Counted from the first letter of the stretch, positions 51,778-62,733 are shown. The stretch is 64,000 nucleotides of DNA from Candidatus Omnitrophota bacterium (GCA_043732705.1 JAYTHE010000029.1:3251-67250); one strand, 5' to 3'. Translations and numbers: made by a program. The notes: generated by a model from the letters alone, not told the origin.

Positions 51778-52935
51778 TTATTCCGCAATTCTAAGATTCG
51801 GTTTGGCCGTAAGATTTAAGCCGGCGCTGCTGCCTGATTCAAAAAGTTCGAGGCCACGCCTTGCGATCATCGCGGCATTATCACCTGTTAACCCCAGCGG
51901 CGGAATCGAGACCTCAATCCCCTTTTCCGCAGCTTGACGGACTAATTCCTCCCGCAAATGTGAATTGGCACTCACGCCACCGCCAACGACCAAATCTTTC
52001 ACGCCTTTAAGCTCACAGGCGGCAAGAGACTTTTCGACAATCCAGCGCACAACGGAATATTGAAAACTAGCCGCCAAGTCTTCATTGGAAGGCGCATCCG
52101 ATTTGCGTTCGCCGGTTTTTATATCTTTGACCGCGTAAAGCACGGCGGTTTTAATTCCGCTAAAACTAAAATCAAGCGGCTTTTCCTGCTTTGGTTTTTT
52201 GAATGCGATGGCGCGTGCATTCCCTTTTACTGCGAGCTTATCCAAAAGCGGGCCACCCGGATAATCGAGCCCCATGATTTTCGCAACTTTGTCATAAGCC
52301 TCACCAACCGCATCATCTTCTGTTTCGCCAAGCATCTCATGCTTGCCATTTTCATGATAAGTGAGCGAAGTATGCCCGCCCGAAACAAGCAAGCCGACAT
52401 ATCTTTTCGGAGCGGGCTTACCAATAAAATTCGCCGCGAAATGGGCTTCCAAATGATTCACGGCCACGAGCGGAATACCGAGCCGGTAACTCAATGATTT
52501 TGCAAAACCCATCCCTACAAAAAGTGATCCGATTAATCCGGGCCCTTCGGTCACCGCGATTAAATTCAAATCTTGTACGGTGATGTTCGCTTCTTTTAAT
52601 GCCTGATTAAAAACCGGCTCGATTTGTTCGAGGCAGTGACGCGACGCAATTTCAGGCACAACACCGCCCCACTCTTTATGACGGAACAAACTGGACGAAA
52701 TGATATTCGAGAGTATTTTGATTTCTTGATTGTTTGCGGTTGTGCCATGCGCAGAGCCTGATTGATCCGGCGCGGTTGGGCGCAGCCCAAAGCTTGATAA
52801 AACAGCGACGGAAGTTTCGTCGCAGGAAGTTTCTATACCTAGGACTAAGACCGGAGGCCGGTGGCCGGAGGGATTTTCAGCTTTTTGGGGCTCGGGCCTC
52901 GGGCCTCGGGCCTTCGAATCATGAGCATGCAACAT
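51778..52935 (-). CDS. tsaD: tRNA N6-adenosine threonylcarbamoyltransferase TsaD (Kae1/Gcp family)
   Basis: LVLGIETSCDETSVAVL and metal-binding His motifs. The real start is probably downstream of the first Met (no Met precedes VLVLGIETS other than the ORF start), so a GTG start near 52854 is possible. Confidence 0.8.
   Translation of the reverse strand: MLHAHDSKARGPRPEPQKAENPSGHRPPVLVLGIETSCDETSVAVLSSFGLRPTAPDQSGSAHGTTANNQEIKILSNIISSSLFRHKEWGGVVPEIASRHCLEQIEPVFNQALKEANITVQDLNLIAVTEGPGLIGSLFVGMGFAKSLSYRLGIPLVAVNHLEAHFAANFIGKPAPKRYVGLLVSGGHTSLTYHENGKHEMLGETEDDAVGEAYDKVAKIMGLDYPGGPLLDKLAVKGNARAIAFKKPKQEKPLDFSFSGIKTAVLYAVKDIKTGERKSDAPSNEDLAASFQYSVVRWIVEKSLAACELKGVKDLVVGGGVSANSHLREELVRQAAEKGIEVSIPPLGLTGDNAAMIARRGLELFESGSSAGLNLTAKPNLRIAE
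52768..52792. repeat. REP-like element R3 (CGGCGCGGTTGGGC-gca-GCCCAAAG), in the tsaD 5' region
   Basis: Family consensus. Confidence 0.6.
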
Positions 52936-52936
52936 T

Positions 52937-54385
52937 TTATGACAGCTTTTTTGTCAAAAGCTCATTAACAAGCTTTGGATTGGCTTTACCGCCCGTTTCC
53001 TTCATGATTTGTCCGACCAAAAATCCAAGCGCCTGTTTTTTGCCGGATTTAAAATCTTCAACCGACTTCGGGTTTGCGGCAATCACTTTATCCGCCGCGG
53101 CTTCAAGTAATCCCGTATCCTGAACCTGCGCCAAACCTTTTTCTTTGACGATTTGGTCTGCGCTTTTACTTTCTGAAAGCATCAGCGGCAAAACATCTTT
53201 TGCGATTTTGCCGTTAATCGTGCTGTTATCAATTAAGAGAATTAATCCCGCGAGTGCTTTCGGCGAAATCGGAGAATTCTCGATCGCGATTTTATTTTCG
53301 TTCAAACTTCCGAGCAAGTCATTCAAAAGCCAATTGGCGGCAAGTTTCGCACTGGCACCTTCTTTGATTGTTTCTTCAAAAAACTTAGCAAGCAGCTGGT
53401 CTTCCACCAATACATGCGCGTCGGCGCGCGGTAAACCGAGCTTCTCGACAAACCGTTTTGCGCGTGCGCGCGGAAGTTCGGGCAAAGTCTTGCGCATCGC
53501 TTCAACTCTGTCGCGCACGATAGTAAACGGTACCAAATCAGGCTCCGGAAAATAACGGTAATCATGTGCGTCTTCTTTGGAACGCATTAATGCCGTTTCG
53601 CCTTTGGCTTCATTCCACAAGCGGGTTTGCTGTTCAACCACGCCGCCGTCTTCGAGGATTTGGCTTTGCCGCGCGATTTCATAATCAATCGCCTTTTGGA
53701 CCGCGCGGAAGGAATTTAAATTTTTTGTTTCAGTGCGTGTGCCAAATTTTTCCTGTCCGGCGGGACGAACCGATACGTTCGCATCGCAGCGCAATTTCCC
53801 CATTTCCATATCACAGTCGCTAACACCAGCATATTGCAGAACGGCTTTCAAAGCGGAAAGATAGGCATAAGCTTCTTCGGATGAACGGATATCCGGTTCA
53901 GATACGATTTCAAGCAAAGGAATACCGCCGCGATTATAGTCGACCAAAGTTCCGTCCACAATACCTTCATGCAGAAGTTTGCCGGCGTCTTCTTCCAAAT
54001 GCGCACGCGTGATGCCGATTTTTTTTTCAATCCATTTCCCGTCCGCGCCTTTAGTCTCGATCAAAAGATGCCCGCCTTTATTAATCGGCATATCAAACTG
54101 CGAAATTTGATATGCTTTCGGAAGATCGGGGTAAAAATAGTTTTTGCGGTCGAATTTCAAACGCGCGTTGATTTCGCAATCCAGCGCAAGCCCCGCTTTC
54201 ATTCCCAATTCAAGCGCCTGCTGATTCAGAACCGGCAAAGATCCAGGCATACCGAGACAAACGGGACAAGTATTGGAATTGGGCTCAGAACCAAAAGTCG
54301 TCGCGCAGGCACAAAACAATTTCGAGTTTGTGCCGAGCTGAACGTGAACTTCAAGTCCGATGACGGGTTCGAATTTTATTGTCAT
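52937..54385 (-). CDS. gatB: Asp-tRNA(Asn)/Glu-tRNA(Gln) amidotransferase subunit B
   Basis: N-terminus IGLEVHVQL with Zn-binding CAC ... CPVC; 482 aa. Confidence 0.9.
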   Translation of the reverse strand: MTIKFEPVIGLEVHVQLGTNSKLFCACATTFGSEPNSNTCPVCLGMPGSLPVLNQQALELGMKAGLALDCEINARLKFDRKNYFYPDLPKAYQISQFDMPINKGGHLLIETKGADGKWIEKKIGITRAHLEEDAGKLLHEGIVDGTLVDYNRGGIPLLEIVSEPDIRSSEEAYAYLSALKAVLQYAGVSDCDMEMGKLRCDANVSVRPAGQEKFGTRTETKNLNSFRAVQKAIDYEIARQSQILEDGGVVEQQTRLWNEAKGETALMRSKEDAHDYRYFPEPDLVPFTIVRDRVEAMRKTLPELPRARAKRFVEKLGLPRADAHVLVEDQLLAKFFEETIKEGASAKLAANWLLNDLLGSLNENKIAIENSPISPKALAGLILLIDNSTINGKIAKDVLPLMLSESKSADQIVKEKGLAQVQDTGLLEAAADKVIAANPKSVEDFKSGKKQALGFLVGQIMKETGGKANPKLVNELLTKKLS

Positions 54386-54504
54386 AAAATTAACTCAAAG
54401 GTCAAAGCTAAAAGCTTAAAACTACAGCCCAAAACCCCTCAACTTTCCGAACAGCTTTGGGTTTCAAGCTATAGCTTTGGGTTTTAACCTTTAACTTTTT
54501 GCCT

Positions 54505-55935
54505 TTATAAATTTGGTTTCTTTTTATAAAAAGAATTCTTCTGTTCATACTGATGGGCCGCTCTCAAAATCGTTTCTTCTTCGAATGCACGCCCCATCAA
54601 CTGCAAGCCAATCGGCAAACCCGAACCCGTAAATCCGCAAGGCACGGACAACGCCGGAATACCTGCTAAATTCGCGGGAATTGTGTATATATCAGACAGA
54701 TACATCGCAAGCGGATCATTCGACTTCTCGCCGATTTTAAAAGCGGGCGTCGGTGAAGTTGGCGACAAAATCACATCGACGTCCTTAAATGCTTGATCAA
54801 AGTCGTTTCTAATCAAAGTGCGGACTTTCTGGCCTTTCAAATAATAGGCTTCGTAATATCCGGCTGAAAGCACAAATGTGCCGAGCAAAATGCGGCGCTT
54901 CGCTTCTTGTCCGAAGCCTTCGCTGCGGCTTGCAAAATAAACTTCATCCAAAGTTTTAGCTGCCGCGCGCGCGCCAAAACGCACACCGTCGAAACGCCCC
55001 AGGTTGGAGCTTGCTTCCGCGACCGCGACAATATAATAAACTTCTACGGAATATTGCACATGCGGCAAAGTGATTTCGCGGATTTCCGCGCCCAGGCTTT
55101 TTAACTGTTCCACCGCGTCGCGCACGGATTTCTCAACGTCTTTATCCATACCGCCGCCGTCTTTCGGAAAGAATTCTTTCGGCAATCCGATTTTGAGTCC
55201 TTTGATCGAAGTGTTTAAATTTTTTGTGTAATCCGGCACCGAAACATTCGCCGAGGTCGAATCCAGCATGTCATGCCCCGCCATCGCGCCGAGCAAAATC
55301 GCAGAATCTTCCACCGTCTTAGTAATGGGTCCGATTTGATCAAAGCTCGAACCGAAAGCAATCAAACCGCTGCGTGAAATGCGTCCGTAAGTCGGCTTTA
55401 AGCCGACGAGGCCGCAAAGCGCTGCTGGCTGACGAATCGAACCGCCGGTATCACTGCCAAGCGCCGCATAAGCCATATCGGCCGCAACTGCCGCCGCGGA
55501 ACCACCGCTGGAACCGCCGGGCACACGCGAAATATCCCAGGGATTTTTTGCGGGGCCAAAAGCCGAAGTTTCACAGGAAGAACCGAAAGCAAATTCATCC
55601 ATATTGCAGGTTCCGAAAATTGAGGCCCCGGAATTTTTTAATTTTTGAATGACGGTCGCATCATAAGGCGCAACATGACCTTTTAAAATTTTGGACGCAC
55701 AAGTTGCCTCCTGGCCGTCGACGCAAATATTGTCTTTGACGGCAATCGGAACACCGGCAAAAGCAGCTGTGGCATTACCGTTGGAAGGAACTGTCTGATC
55801 TAAACGTAAAAAAGCATTCAGTGACGGATTTAATTTTTGCGCGCGGGTTTTGACAGCGCTGACAAGATCAGCCGCGCCATTTTTTTTCGCGTGCTCGACC
55901 GCTTCTTTAAAAGTTAATGTGTGCAGCTCGGCCAT
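54505..55935 (-). CDS. gatA: Glutamyl-tRNA(Gln) amidotransferase subunit A
   Basis: Amidase-signature [13 protein letters not shown] with the Ser-cisSer-Lys triad region. Start at [18 protein letters not shown]. Confidence 0.9.
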   Translation of the reverse strand: MAELHTLTFKEAVEHAKKNGAADLVSAVKTRAQKLNPSLNAFLRLDQTVPSNGNATAAFAGVPIAVKDNICVDGQEATCASKILKGHVAPYDATVIQKLKNSGASIFGTCNMDEFAFGSSCETSAFGPAKNPWDISRVPGGSSGGSAAAVAADMAYAALGSDTGGSIRQPAALCGLVGLKPTYGRISRSGLIAFGSSFDQIGPITKTVEDSAILLGAMAGHDMLDSTSANVSVPDYTKNLNTSIKGLKIGLPKEFFPKDGGGMDKDVEKSVRDAVEQLKSLGAEIREITLPHVQYSVEVYYIVAVAEASSNLGRFDGVRFGARAAAKTLDEVYFASRSEGFGQEAKRRILLGTFVLSAGYYEAYYLKGQKVRTLIRNDFDQAFKDVDVILSPTSPTPAFKIGEKSNDPLAMYLSDIYTIPANLAGIPALSVPCGFTGSGLPIGLQLMGRAFEEETILRAAHQYEQKNSFYKKKPNL

Positions 55936-55936
55936 A

Positions 55937-56221
55937 TCATTCTCTCGAAACGGTTTTGGGAACTTTAAAGAAAAAGCCGTCGCTTGCGGGCGCATGCTTC
56001 AAAACTTTGTCGCGCGCGGCAGATTTTTTGACCTCATCGGGACGGTAAACATTTTCGAGATTGAGAACGTGGCTGGTCGGCTCAACGTCTTTGGTGTCGA
56101 GTTTTTCAAGATTTTTCACGTAATCCAGAATCGCGCTCAAATTCTGAGTGAGCTTGGCGGCCTCTTCGGGCGCCAGCTTCAAACGCGATAACTTAGCCAC
56201 TTTATTGATATCAAAATCCAC
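55937..56221 (-). CDS. gatC: Glutamyl-tRNA(Gln) amidotransferase subunit C
   Basis: A 94-aa protein beginning [16 protein letters not shown] ... [12 protein letters not shown]. It sits directly upstream of gatA with a 1-nt gap. Confidence 0.85.
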   Translation of the reverse strand: MDFDINKVAKLSRLKLAPEEAAKLTQNLSAILDYVKNLEKLDTKDVEPTSHVLNLENVYRPDEVKKSAARDKVLKHAPASDGFFFKVPKTVSRE

Positions 56222-56365
56222 GAATATTCCTCTAAGGCCACACTTGGTTCCAACTCACTTCCCGGAGGTGGACAATTTGTCCACCTCCGGGAAGTAAAAA
56301 CGGGTTAATAAGGGAGCAAATTTAACACGGCAAACTGGCCTGCGCCAAGCTCAATCTTTACGCTT

Positions 56366-58522
56366 CTACCGGTTCTCAGTCATGGCGAACATGAAAGTGT
56401 AATCGCGGGCAATCTCCTTTAGATATGCGTATCTTCCCGACGGCCCGCCGTGGCCGGAACCCATGTGAATAATCATCAACAGCAGGTTTTTATCGGTTTT
56501 CGTGGCGCGTAATTTTGCGGTCCATTTTGCCGGCTCCCAATATTGCACGCGCGGATCGTTCAATCCGCCCGTCACAAGCATATTCGGATAATTTTGTGCT
56601 TTGATATTTTCATAAGGCGCGTAACCGCGTATCGTTTTGAAAAATTCTGCATCTTCGGGATTACCCCATTCATCATATTCCGTGACCGTCAGCGGCAAAG
56701 AAGCATCGAGCATGGTATTTAAGGCATCCACAAACGGCACATCCAGAATCATCGCTTTGAAAAGATCCGGCCTTAAATTCGCAACCGCGCCCATGAGCAG
56801 CCCGCCTGCGCTGCCGCCTGAAGTCACAAGCCGGTCCGCTGAGGTATATTTCTCACGGATTAAGAATTCGGCACAAGCAATAAAATCAAGAAAGGTGTTC
56901 ATTTTCTTTTTGAGCTTACCCGCGTCATACCAGGGACGACCCATATCCCCGCCGCCACGAATATGCGCGATCGCAAAAATAAAACCGCGGTCAAGCAGGC
57001 TTAACCGATTGGAAGAAAAAACCGGATCCATGCTGATACCGTAAGAGCCATAACCATAAATCCAGGCTTTGGAAGAACCGTCGCGTTTCATGCCTTTTTT
57101 ATAAACCAAAGAAATCGGAATTTTGACGCCGTCATGCGAAGTTGCAAAAACACGCTCGGAAGCGTATTGCGCGGGATCATAACCGCCCAAAACTTCCTGC
57201 CGCTTTTTAACTTCACGTTCGCGCGTGCGCATGTTGTAGTCATAAACCGTGGCGGGTGTCAGCAAAGACGCGAACCCAATCCGCAAGACTTCCGAATCAT
57301 ATTCGGGATTCGATCCGCCTCCCGAGGTATAAACAGTTTCGCCAAAATCAATTTTATGCTCGGCACGATTTGAAAAATCAATCACACGGATTTCGGTATT
57401 GCCGTTTGAACGCTCGTAAAGCACCGCATATTTTTTAAAAATATCCAAACCTTCCAACTTTACTTCCGGCCTGTGCGCGTACCACTCTTTCCAATTCGTA
57501 CGTCTGGGATTTGAAACCGGCGCCTCCATAACTCGAAAATTAACCGCTTGCCAATTTGTCACAATCAAAAGCTTGCCTTCATGATGATCGGCGGAGTACT
57601 CGACTCCCTCTTCACGCGAAGCAACCATTTGAAATTGGCCTGCGGGTTGATTCGCGTCGAGAAAAAGCTCTTCGGATGTATTTTTGCTGTGAAGCCCCAG
57701 GAATAAATATTGCTCATCTTTGGTTTTACTTGCGGCTAAAAAAAACCGTTCATCTTTTTCTTCATAAACCAAAACATCTTTCGCAAAATCTGTTCCCAGG
57801 ATATGCCGGAACAAACGATAGGGCCGTTTCATTTTATCGAGCGTGCTGTAAAAAAAGGTCTTATTGTCATTTGCCCAAACCAGACCTGTGCCAGTGGCGG
57901 GAATTTTTTCCGAAAGCAGCGCGCCTGTTTCCAGATTTTTTACCTGAAGCGTATAAGTTTCTGAGCCTGTATTGTCCCATGAGTAAGCAAGTAATTTTTG
58001 GTCGGGGCTGATACTGAAAACACCTAAATCAAAATCATCCGAGCCGGCCGCAAGCTGATTCACATCCAACATAATTTCTTCGGGCGTGTCTAAGCTTCTT
58101 TTCTTACGGCAATGAATCGAATAAGACTTTCCCTTTTCCGTGCGCGAATAGTAGAAAAATCCTTTTTTCCAAACCGGCACGCTCAAATCATCTTCTTTGA
58201 TCCGCGCCAGCATCTCTTCGTAAAGTTTCTTTTGGAAATCAGCGGTGGGCTCAAAAACTTTATCCGCGTAAGCATTTTCAGCCTTGAGATAGCTGAGCAC
58301 TTCGGGGTTTTCTTTTTCGCGCAGCCAGAAATAAGGATCATCCCATGTCTCACCATGCGCTTTGACGGCATGGGGCTTACGCGCGGCGATCGGCGGCTGT
58401 TTTTTTTGCGCTTGTTCAAAAGAAAATGAAAGGTTCATTGGTTTTCCGTTCCGGTTAATACATAAAACGGCAATCGCCGCGACCATTCCAAAAAAGAGCG
58501 CTTTATTTCGAGAGAGAATCAC
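56366..58522 (-). CDS. S9-family serine peptidase (prolyl oligopeptidase / oligopeptidase B-like)
   Basis: N-terminal beta-propeller plus a C-terminal alpha/beta hydrolase with the nucleophile motif GGSAGGLL; 718 aa. Confidence 0.8.
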   Translation of the reverse strand: MILSRNKALFFGMVAAIAVLCINRNGKPMNLSFSFEQAQKKQPPIAARKPHAVKAHGETWDDPYFWLREKENPEVLSYLKAENAYADKVFEPTADFQKKLYEEMLARIKEDDLSVPVWKKGFFYYSRTEKGKSYSIHCRKKRSLDTPEEIMLDVNQLAAGSDDFDLGVFSISPDQKLLAYSWDNTGSETYTLQVKNLETGALLSEKIPATGTGLVWANDNKTFFYSTLDKMKRPYRLFRHILGTDFAKDVLVYEEKDERFFLAASKTKDEQYLFLGLHSKNTSEELFLDANQPAGQFQMVASREEGVEYSADHHEGKLLIVTNWQAVNFRVMEAPVSNPRRTNWKEWYAHRPEVKLEGLDIFKKYAVLYERSNGNTEIRVIDFSNRAEHKIDFGETVYTSGGGSNPEYDSEVLRIGFASLLTPATVYDYNMRTREREVKKRQEVLGGYDPAQYASERVFATSHDGVKIPISLVYKKGMKRDGSSKAWIYGYGSYGISMDPVFSSNRLSLLDRGFIFAIAHIRGGGDMGRPWYDAGKLKKKMNTFLDFIACAEFLIREKYTSADRLVTSGGSAGGLLMGAVANLRPDLFKAMILDVPFVDALNTMLDASLPLTVTEYDEWGNPEDAEFFKTIRGYAPYENIKAQNYPNMLVTGGLNDPRVQYWEPAKWTAKLRATKTDKNLLLMIIHMGSGHGGPSGRYAYLKEIARDYTFMFAMTENR

Positions 58523-59157
58523 TTACCTGACAAATGATCCGCAACAGCCTGGCCCTCGAGCTTATTCTCCGCATCTTTACGCTGCGCGTCGGAAGATAAT
58601 CCCAAAGCTTCTGCCGGAGCTTTGACAACGCCGTTGAGCACCGCACCAGTTGTCTCTTCGACCACATCCGCAGGAATGGACACAATTTTCTGGGTCAGCG
58701 TCGAGGTTTTTTCCAAAGCTTTGCTCGCGGTTGAAACCGAGGCGGAAGGATGCATTTTTAAATCAAAACGATCATTTTCAAGAGTTTTCATGGACCCTGA
58801 AAGGAAATCAACCAGCCATGCCGCGAGATTACCGATACCCAAAGTCCATTTACTCCATTTTTGCCAATTCACTTTAGTGGAGTATTTAAAACCTTCGCCA
58901 GAAATTTTAGACCAAACCCGGAAATTTAAATTTTCATAATTGGGGGCCTGCGCCAGACAGTCATGATTCGAGCTGCGCTTCAACCGGATATTACCCGGCA
59001 ATTCTGTCGCTTCTCCGCCGCAATTCACCGTTGCCTGCGGCGCATTGGTTTTAAAATAAACCCGCACTAAATCGTTTTGCCGGCCATAACTCGTCGCGCA
59101 GCCTTGCAAAGTTATCGAACCCAGCAGCAAAAAGGGCACTAAAAAATATGATTTCAT
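58519..59157 (-). CDS. Hypothetical lipoprotein (212 aa)
   Basis: Signal peptide with lipobox LQGC (MKSYFLVPFLLLGSITLQGC). No other recognisable motif. Confidence 0.5.
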   Translation of the reverse strand: MKSYFLVPFLLLGSITLQGCATSYGRQNDLVRVYFKTNAPQATVNCGGEATELPGNIRLKRSSNHDCLAQAPNYENLNFRVWSKISGEGFKYSTKVNWQKWSKWTLGIGNLAAWLVDFLSGSMKTLENDRFDLKMHPSASVSTASKALEKTSTLTQKIVSIPADVVEETTGAVLNGVVKAPAEALGLSSDAQRKDAENKLEGQAVADHLSGK

Positions 59158-59365
59158 TTCGCTTTCCTTTTTTGTTTTTGAACAAACCTCATCAAGCCAC
59201 TGCCTCTTTGTAGAGAGCGCGAAAGCTTACGAGCATCGTGTATAATTCTAACATAAATGAGACCACAAGTTACTGCATGTAACTTGTGTGGTCGAATTAA
59301 TACCGAACGCGCAGCTTTGAAAGTTCGGTAACTAGGAGCAAGCTGCGAATGCCGCTTGTCAGATT

Positions 59366-60394
59366 ATGGACATCAAAATTATCAATCAACCCGGTTATGA
59401 AAAAGTCGCCGAAGCCCATGACGCTGAAACAGGGCTGCGGGCCGTCATTGCCGTACACAGCACCCACCGCGGCCCTTCGTTAGGCGGAGTACGCATGTTT
59501 CCTTACTCGAATAAACAAGCAGCTCTCGCCGATGTTCTGCGACTTGCGCGCGCGATGACCTATAAATCCGCTTCGGTGGATTTAAAGCTGGGCGGCGGTA
59601 AAGCAGTTATTGTAGGCGATCCCCTCAAAGATAAAACACCGGAACTTTTTAAACGCATGGGTGAATTCATCCATACTTTTCAGGGCACTTATTATTCCGC
59701 TAAAGACGCGGGCATTGTCACCGCAGACTTAGTGGAAGTTTCAAAAACAACGCCCTATGTTAAGGGCCTGCCCTCAGGTTCGGGCGATCCTTCGTACCTG
59801 ACAGCTTGCGGTATCATCGCCGGCATGCGGACGGCTTTAAAATTCAAATTAGGCATTCAAAGTTTCTATGGTATTCATGTGGCCGTTCAAGGGCTGGGCC
59901 ATGTGGGCTATGCCGTTGCCAAACTTTTACATTTTGAAGACGCCAATCTCACCGTAACGGATATGCATTCAGCCTTGGCAAAAAAAGTTGCGAATGAGCT
60001 AGGCGCGCGCGTCGTTGAGCCCGATCAAATTTTTGATGTTCCGGCTGATATTTTTTCGCCCTGCGCAATGGGCAGCATTTTAAATGCCGAAACGATCCGG
60101 AAGCTGCGGTCTTCGATTATCGCCGGTGCGGCAAACAATCAACTTTCGGATGAAAAAGAAAACGGCGATCAACTGCATCAGCGCGGCATTCTTTACGTGC
60201 CGGATTATATGATTAACGCGGGCGGCGTCATTAATATTTACGTGCGGGACATTTTAAAGCAAACGCATCCTGAAAGATGGCTCGTCAAAATCGAAGAGAA
60301 CTTGCAAAACGTTTTTGAATTATCAAAATCAAAAAATATTTCTACCGCCCGCACGGCCAATGAGCTGACCGAAATCAAGCTGGGTCAGCCGTAA
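59366..60394 (+). CDS. Glu/Leu/Phe/Val dehydrogenase family enzyme (leucine-dehydrogenase-like)
   Basis: Catalytic Lys motif LKLGGGKAVIVGDP and Rossmann motif VAVQGLGHVGYAVAKLL; 342 aa. Confidence 0.8.
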   Translation: MDIKIINQPGYEKVAEAHDAETGLRAVIAVHSTHRGPSLGGVRMFPYSNKQAALADVLRLARAMTYKSASVDLKLGGGKAVIVGDPLKDKTPELFKRMGEFIHTFQGTYYSAKDAGIVTADLVEVSKTTPYVKGLPSGSGDPSYLTACGIIAGMRTALKFKLGIQSFYGIHVAVQGLGHVGYAVAKLLHFEDANLTVTDMHSALAKKVANELGARVVEPDQIFDVPADIFSPCAMGSILNAETIRKLRSSIIAGAANNQLSDEKENGDQLHQRGILYVPDYMINAGGVINIYVRDILKQTHPERWLVKIEENLQNVFELSKSKNISTARTANELTEIKLGQP

Positions 60395-60404
60395 TTACGG
60401 CTTT

Positions 60405-60980
60405 CTAACTCTGCTTTAAAATAATATTGAAGGCTTCGGGATAAAGTTCATATTCCACTGTATGCACGCGCTCTTCAACGGCTTCCAAAGTTTCGCCTAA
60501 ATAAATGGGTACTTTTTTTTGCAGAATAATCGGGCCGGTGTCCACTCCCGTATCCACATAATGCACCGTCACGCCGGTCTCTTTCGCTTTCGCAATATAA
60601 GCGTCTTTGATCGCATGCGCTCCCGGGAAAGCCGGTAAATAAGACGGGTGAATGTTAATCAGTTTTTTGGGATAGCGATTCACAAACTCCGTTGTAAGCA
60701 GCCGCATAAACCCCGCAAGGCAAATGAGGTCCGCGCCGCTTGAATCGATCACACTTGCGAGTTCACGGTCAAAATCATGGCGCGAAGCAAATTGCTCATG
60801 ATCAATCACACATGCCGGAACTCTTAAAAGCGCGGCGCGGTCCAAAGCTCCCGCTTCCGGACGGTTACAAATCACTAAAACCGGCTCCGCCAAAATTTCT
60901 CCGGATTTCATCCGCTTGATCAAGTTCTCCATGTTAGTACCGCTGCCGGACACAAGAAAAACGACTTTTTTAAGACTCAT
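60405..60980 (-). CDS. purN: Phosphoribosylglycinamide formyltransferase
   Basis: N-terminus FLVSGSGTNMENLI and the formyl-transferase core INIHPSYLPAFPGAHA; 191 aa. Confidence 0.85.
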   Translation of the reverse strand: MSLKKVVFLVSGSGTNMENLIKRMKSGEILAEPVLVICNRPEAGALDRAALLRVPACVIDHEQFASRHDFDRELASVIDSSGADLICLAGFMRLLTTEFVNRYPKKLINIHPSYLPAFPGAHAIKDAYIAKAKETGVTVHYVDTGVDTGPIILQKKVPIYLGETLEAVEERVHTVEYELYPEAFNIILKQS

Positions 60981-61725
60981 GTGTTCCTTCCGAATCGTCT
61001 TTTTCTATCACAACAGATTGCTCCGCCGACTCAAAGTTCCCGGCTGCAAAAAGCTTCTTGCGATCCGCACCAGCAATCACAAGCATCATTTCGCCTTTGC
61101 GCGGTCTTTTTTGAAGCGCCGCAACCAGCTGGCTCAATGTACCGCGTAAAGTTTCTTCAAATTTTTTGGTCATTTCGCGCGCAAGCGCGGCTTCCCTGTC
61201 GCCCAAAACCTCAAGTGCTTCCGTAACCGATTTTTCAATGCGAAAAGGCGATTCAAAAAAAATCAATGTTTCTCTTTTTTGCGCCAGCTCAGCAAAGATT
61301 TTTTTACGCTGTGATGATTTTTGCGGCAAAAATCCAAAAAATGAAAAAGAATCCACCGCCAAACCGCTTAGAACCAGCCCCGAGATAATGGAACAGGGCC
61401 CGGGCAAAATTTCGACCGCGATATTAAATTCACGGGCAAAACGCATCAGCTCAAAACCCGGGTCATTCATCAAGGGCGTGCCGCCGTCGGAAACAAGCGC
61501 TACATGCTTGCCCTCGCGCAGCATCGCTGCCAAACGGCGCCGATGCTCGGGAGAAGAATGGTCATGATGGCTAACGAGCAGTTTTTCAATTTGATAATGC
61601 TTGAGCAGCGTCAAAGTATGGCGGGTATCTTCACAGGCGATGACGTCGCATTTTTTCAGCGTTTCAATCGCACGGAAAGTGATGTCGCCTAAATTTCCGA
61701 TCGGCGTGGAAATAATGCTTAGCAC
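60970..61725 (-). CDS. rsmI: 16S rRNA (cytidine1402-2'-O)-methyltransferase
   Basis: Tetrapyrrole-methylase-fold N-terminus MLSIISTPIGNLGDITFRAIETLKKCDVIACEDTRHTLTLL. Confidence 0.85.
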   Translation of the reverse strand: MLSIISTPIGNLGDITFRAIETLKKCDVIACEDTRHTLTLLKHYQIEKLLVSHHDHSSPEHRRRLAAMLREGKHVALVSDGGTPLMNDPGFELMRFAREFNIAVEILPGPCSIISGLVLSGLAVDSFSFFGFLPQKSSQRKKIFAELAQKRETLIFFESPFRIEKSVTEALEVLGDREAALAREMTKKFEETLRGTLSQLVAALQKRPRKGEMMLVIAGADRKKLFAAGNFESAEQSVVIEKDDSEGTHES

Positions 61726-61737
61726 GGCTGAATCCGT

Positions 61738-62733
61738 TTAACGTGTCCGCTCAAGAATATAACCGGCCAGTTTTTCAAGACTTTGACGCGCGGGAGAATC
61801 CGGAAAAATAGACAGCGATAAAAGTGCCTGCTGCGTTGACTCGCGCGCACGCTTGAAAACATATTCAATCGCACCGTTTTCGGCAATCAATCCGGATAAT
61901 TGATTCAAATGCTCGCGTGAAGCGCTTTGCTCTATCAAACTCAAAATTTCCGGTTTTAAATCAGGACGCGTTTCCAGCAAACGGATCAGCGGTAGAGTCA
62001 AAACCCCCGCCGCTAAATCTGTGCCCAGCGTTTTTCCGAATTCGGCCTGATTCGCGGTGAAATCGAGGCAGTCATCTATCATTTGAAACGCGCTGCCAAA
62101 ATGGCGTCCAAACTCGGCAAGCGCTTTCGCTTCGCTCTCGGTGGCGCCGGCAGTACGCGCCCCCGCTTCAAGCACACAAGCCAAAAGAGAGGCCGTTTTT
62201 TTATAAATAATTTCAAAATATTCCGCTTCAGTTAAATCATAAAAACGTACGCGGCGCAGTTCGTGAATCTCCCCGTCACAAACGATACCCGCAGTTTTCA
62301 AAAAAAGGCGCATCACATCCGAACTACCGTTTTCAAAAATAGTCACAAGCGCGCGGTCATGAAAAAAATCACCTGCTAAAACCGCGACGGGCGAACCCCA
62401 TTGAGCGTTCACCGAGACAAGTCCGCGGCGTAATTCCGCGCGATCAATGATGTCGTCGTGAATAAGCGTGGCGGCGTGAAAAATTTCAAATGCCGCCGCA
62501 AGATTAAGCAGCTTTTCATTTTGAAGCACTGCGAAAGAGGGCCGCGCGACGGCGGCTCCCAGGAAAGTCATCGCGGGACGCAGCATTTTGCCCTGGGCCT
62601 GAAAAAAATGAGCAACAATCTCATGAATTAAAGGGTTGGAAGATTCTAGGATTTTTAGAATTTGGCCCGGGACATTTTTAAGCGAGCCCGTAACCGGTGC
62701 ATAAATTTCATCTAAAACAGAGGCTGTTTTCAT
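61738..62733 (-). CDS. Polyprenyl diphosphate synthase (IspB-like)
   Basis: Two aspartate-rich motifs, LIHDDIIDRAELRRG and FQMIDDCLDF. Confidence 0.8.
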   Translation of the reverse strand: MKTASVLDEIYAPVTGSLKNVPGQILKILESSNPLIHEIVAHFFQAQGKMLRPAMTFLGAAVARPSFAVLQNEKLLNLAAAFEIFHAATLIHDDIIDRAELRRGLVSVNAQWGSPVAVLAGDFFHDRALVTIFENGSSDVMRLFLKTAGIVCDGEIHELRRVRFYDLTEAEYFEIIYKKTASLLACVLEAGARTAGATESEAKALAEFGRHFGSAFQMIDDCLDFTANQAEFGKTLGTDLAAGVLTLPLIRLLETRPDLKPEILSLIEQSASREHLNQLSGLIAENGAIEYVFKRARESTQQALLSLSIFPDSPARQSLEKLAGYILERTR

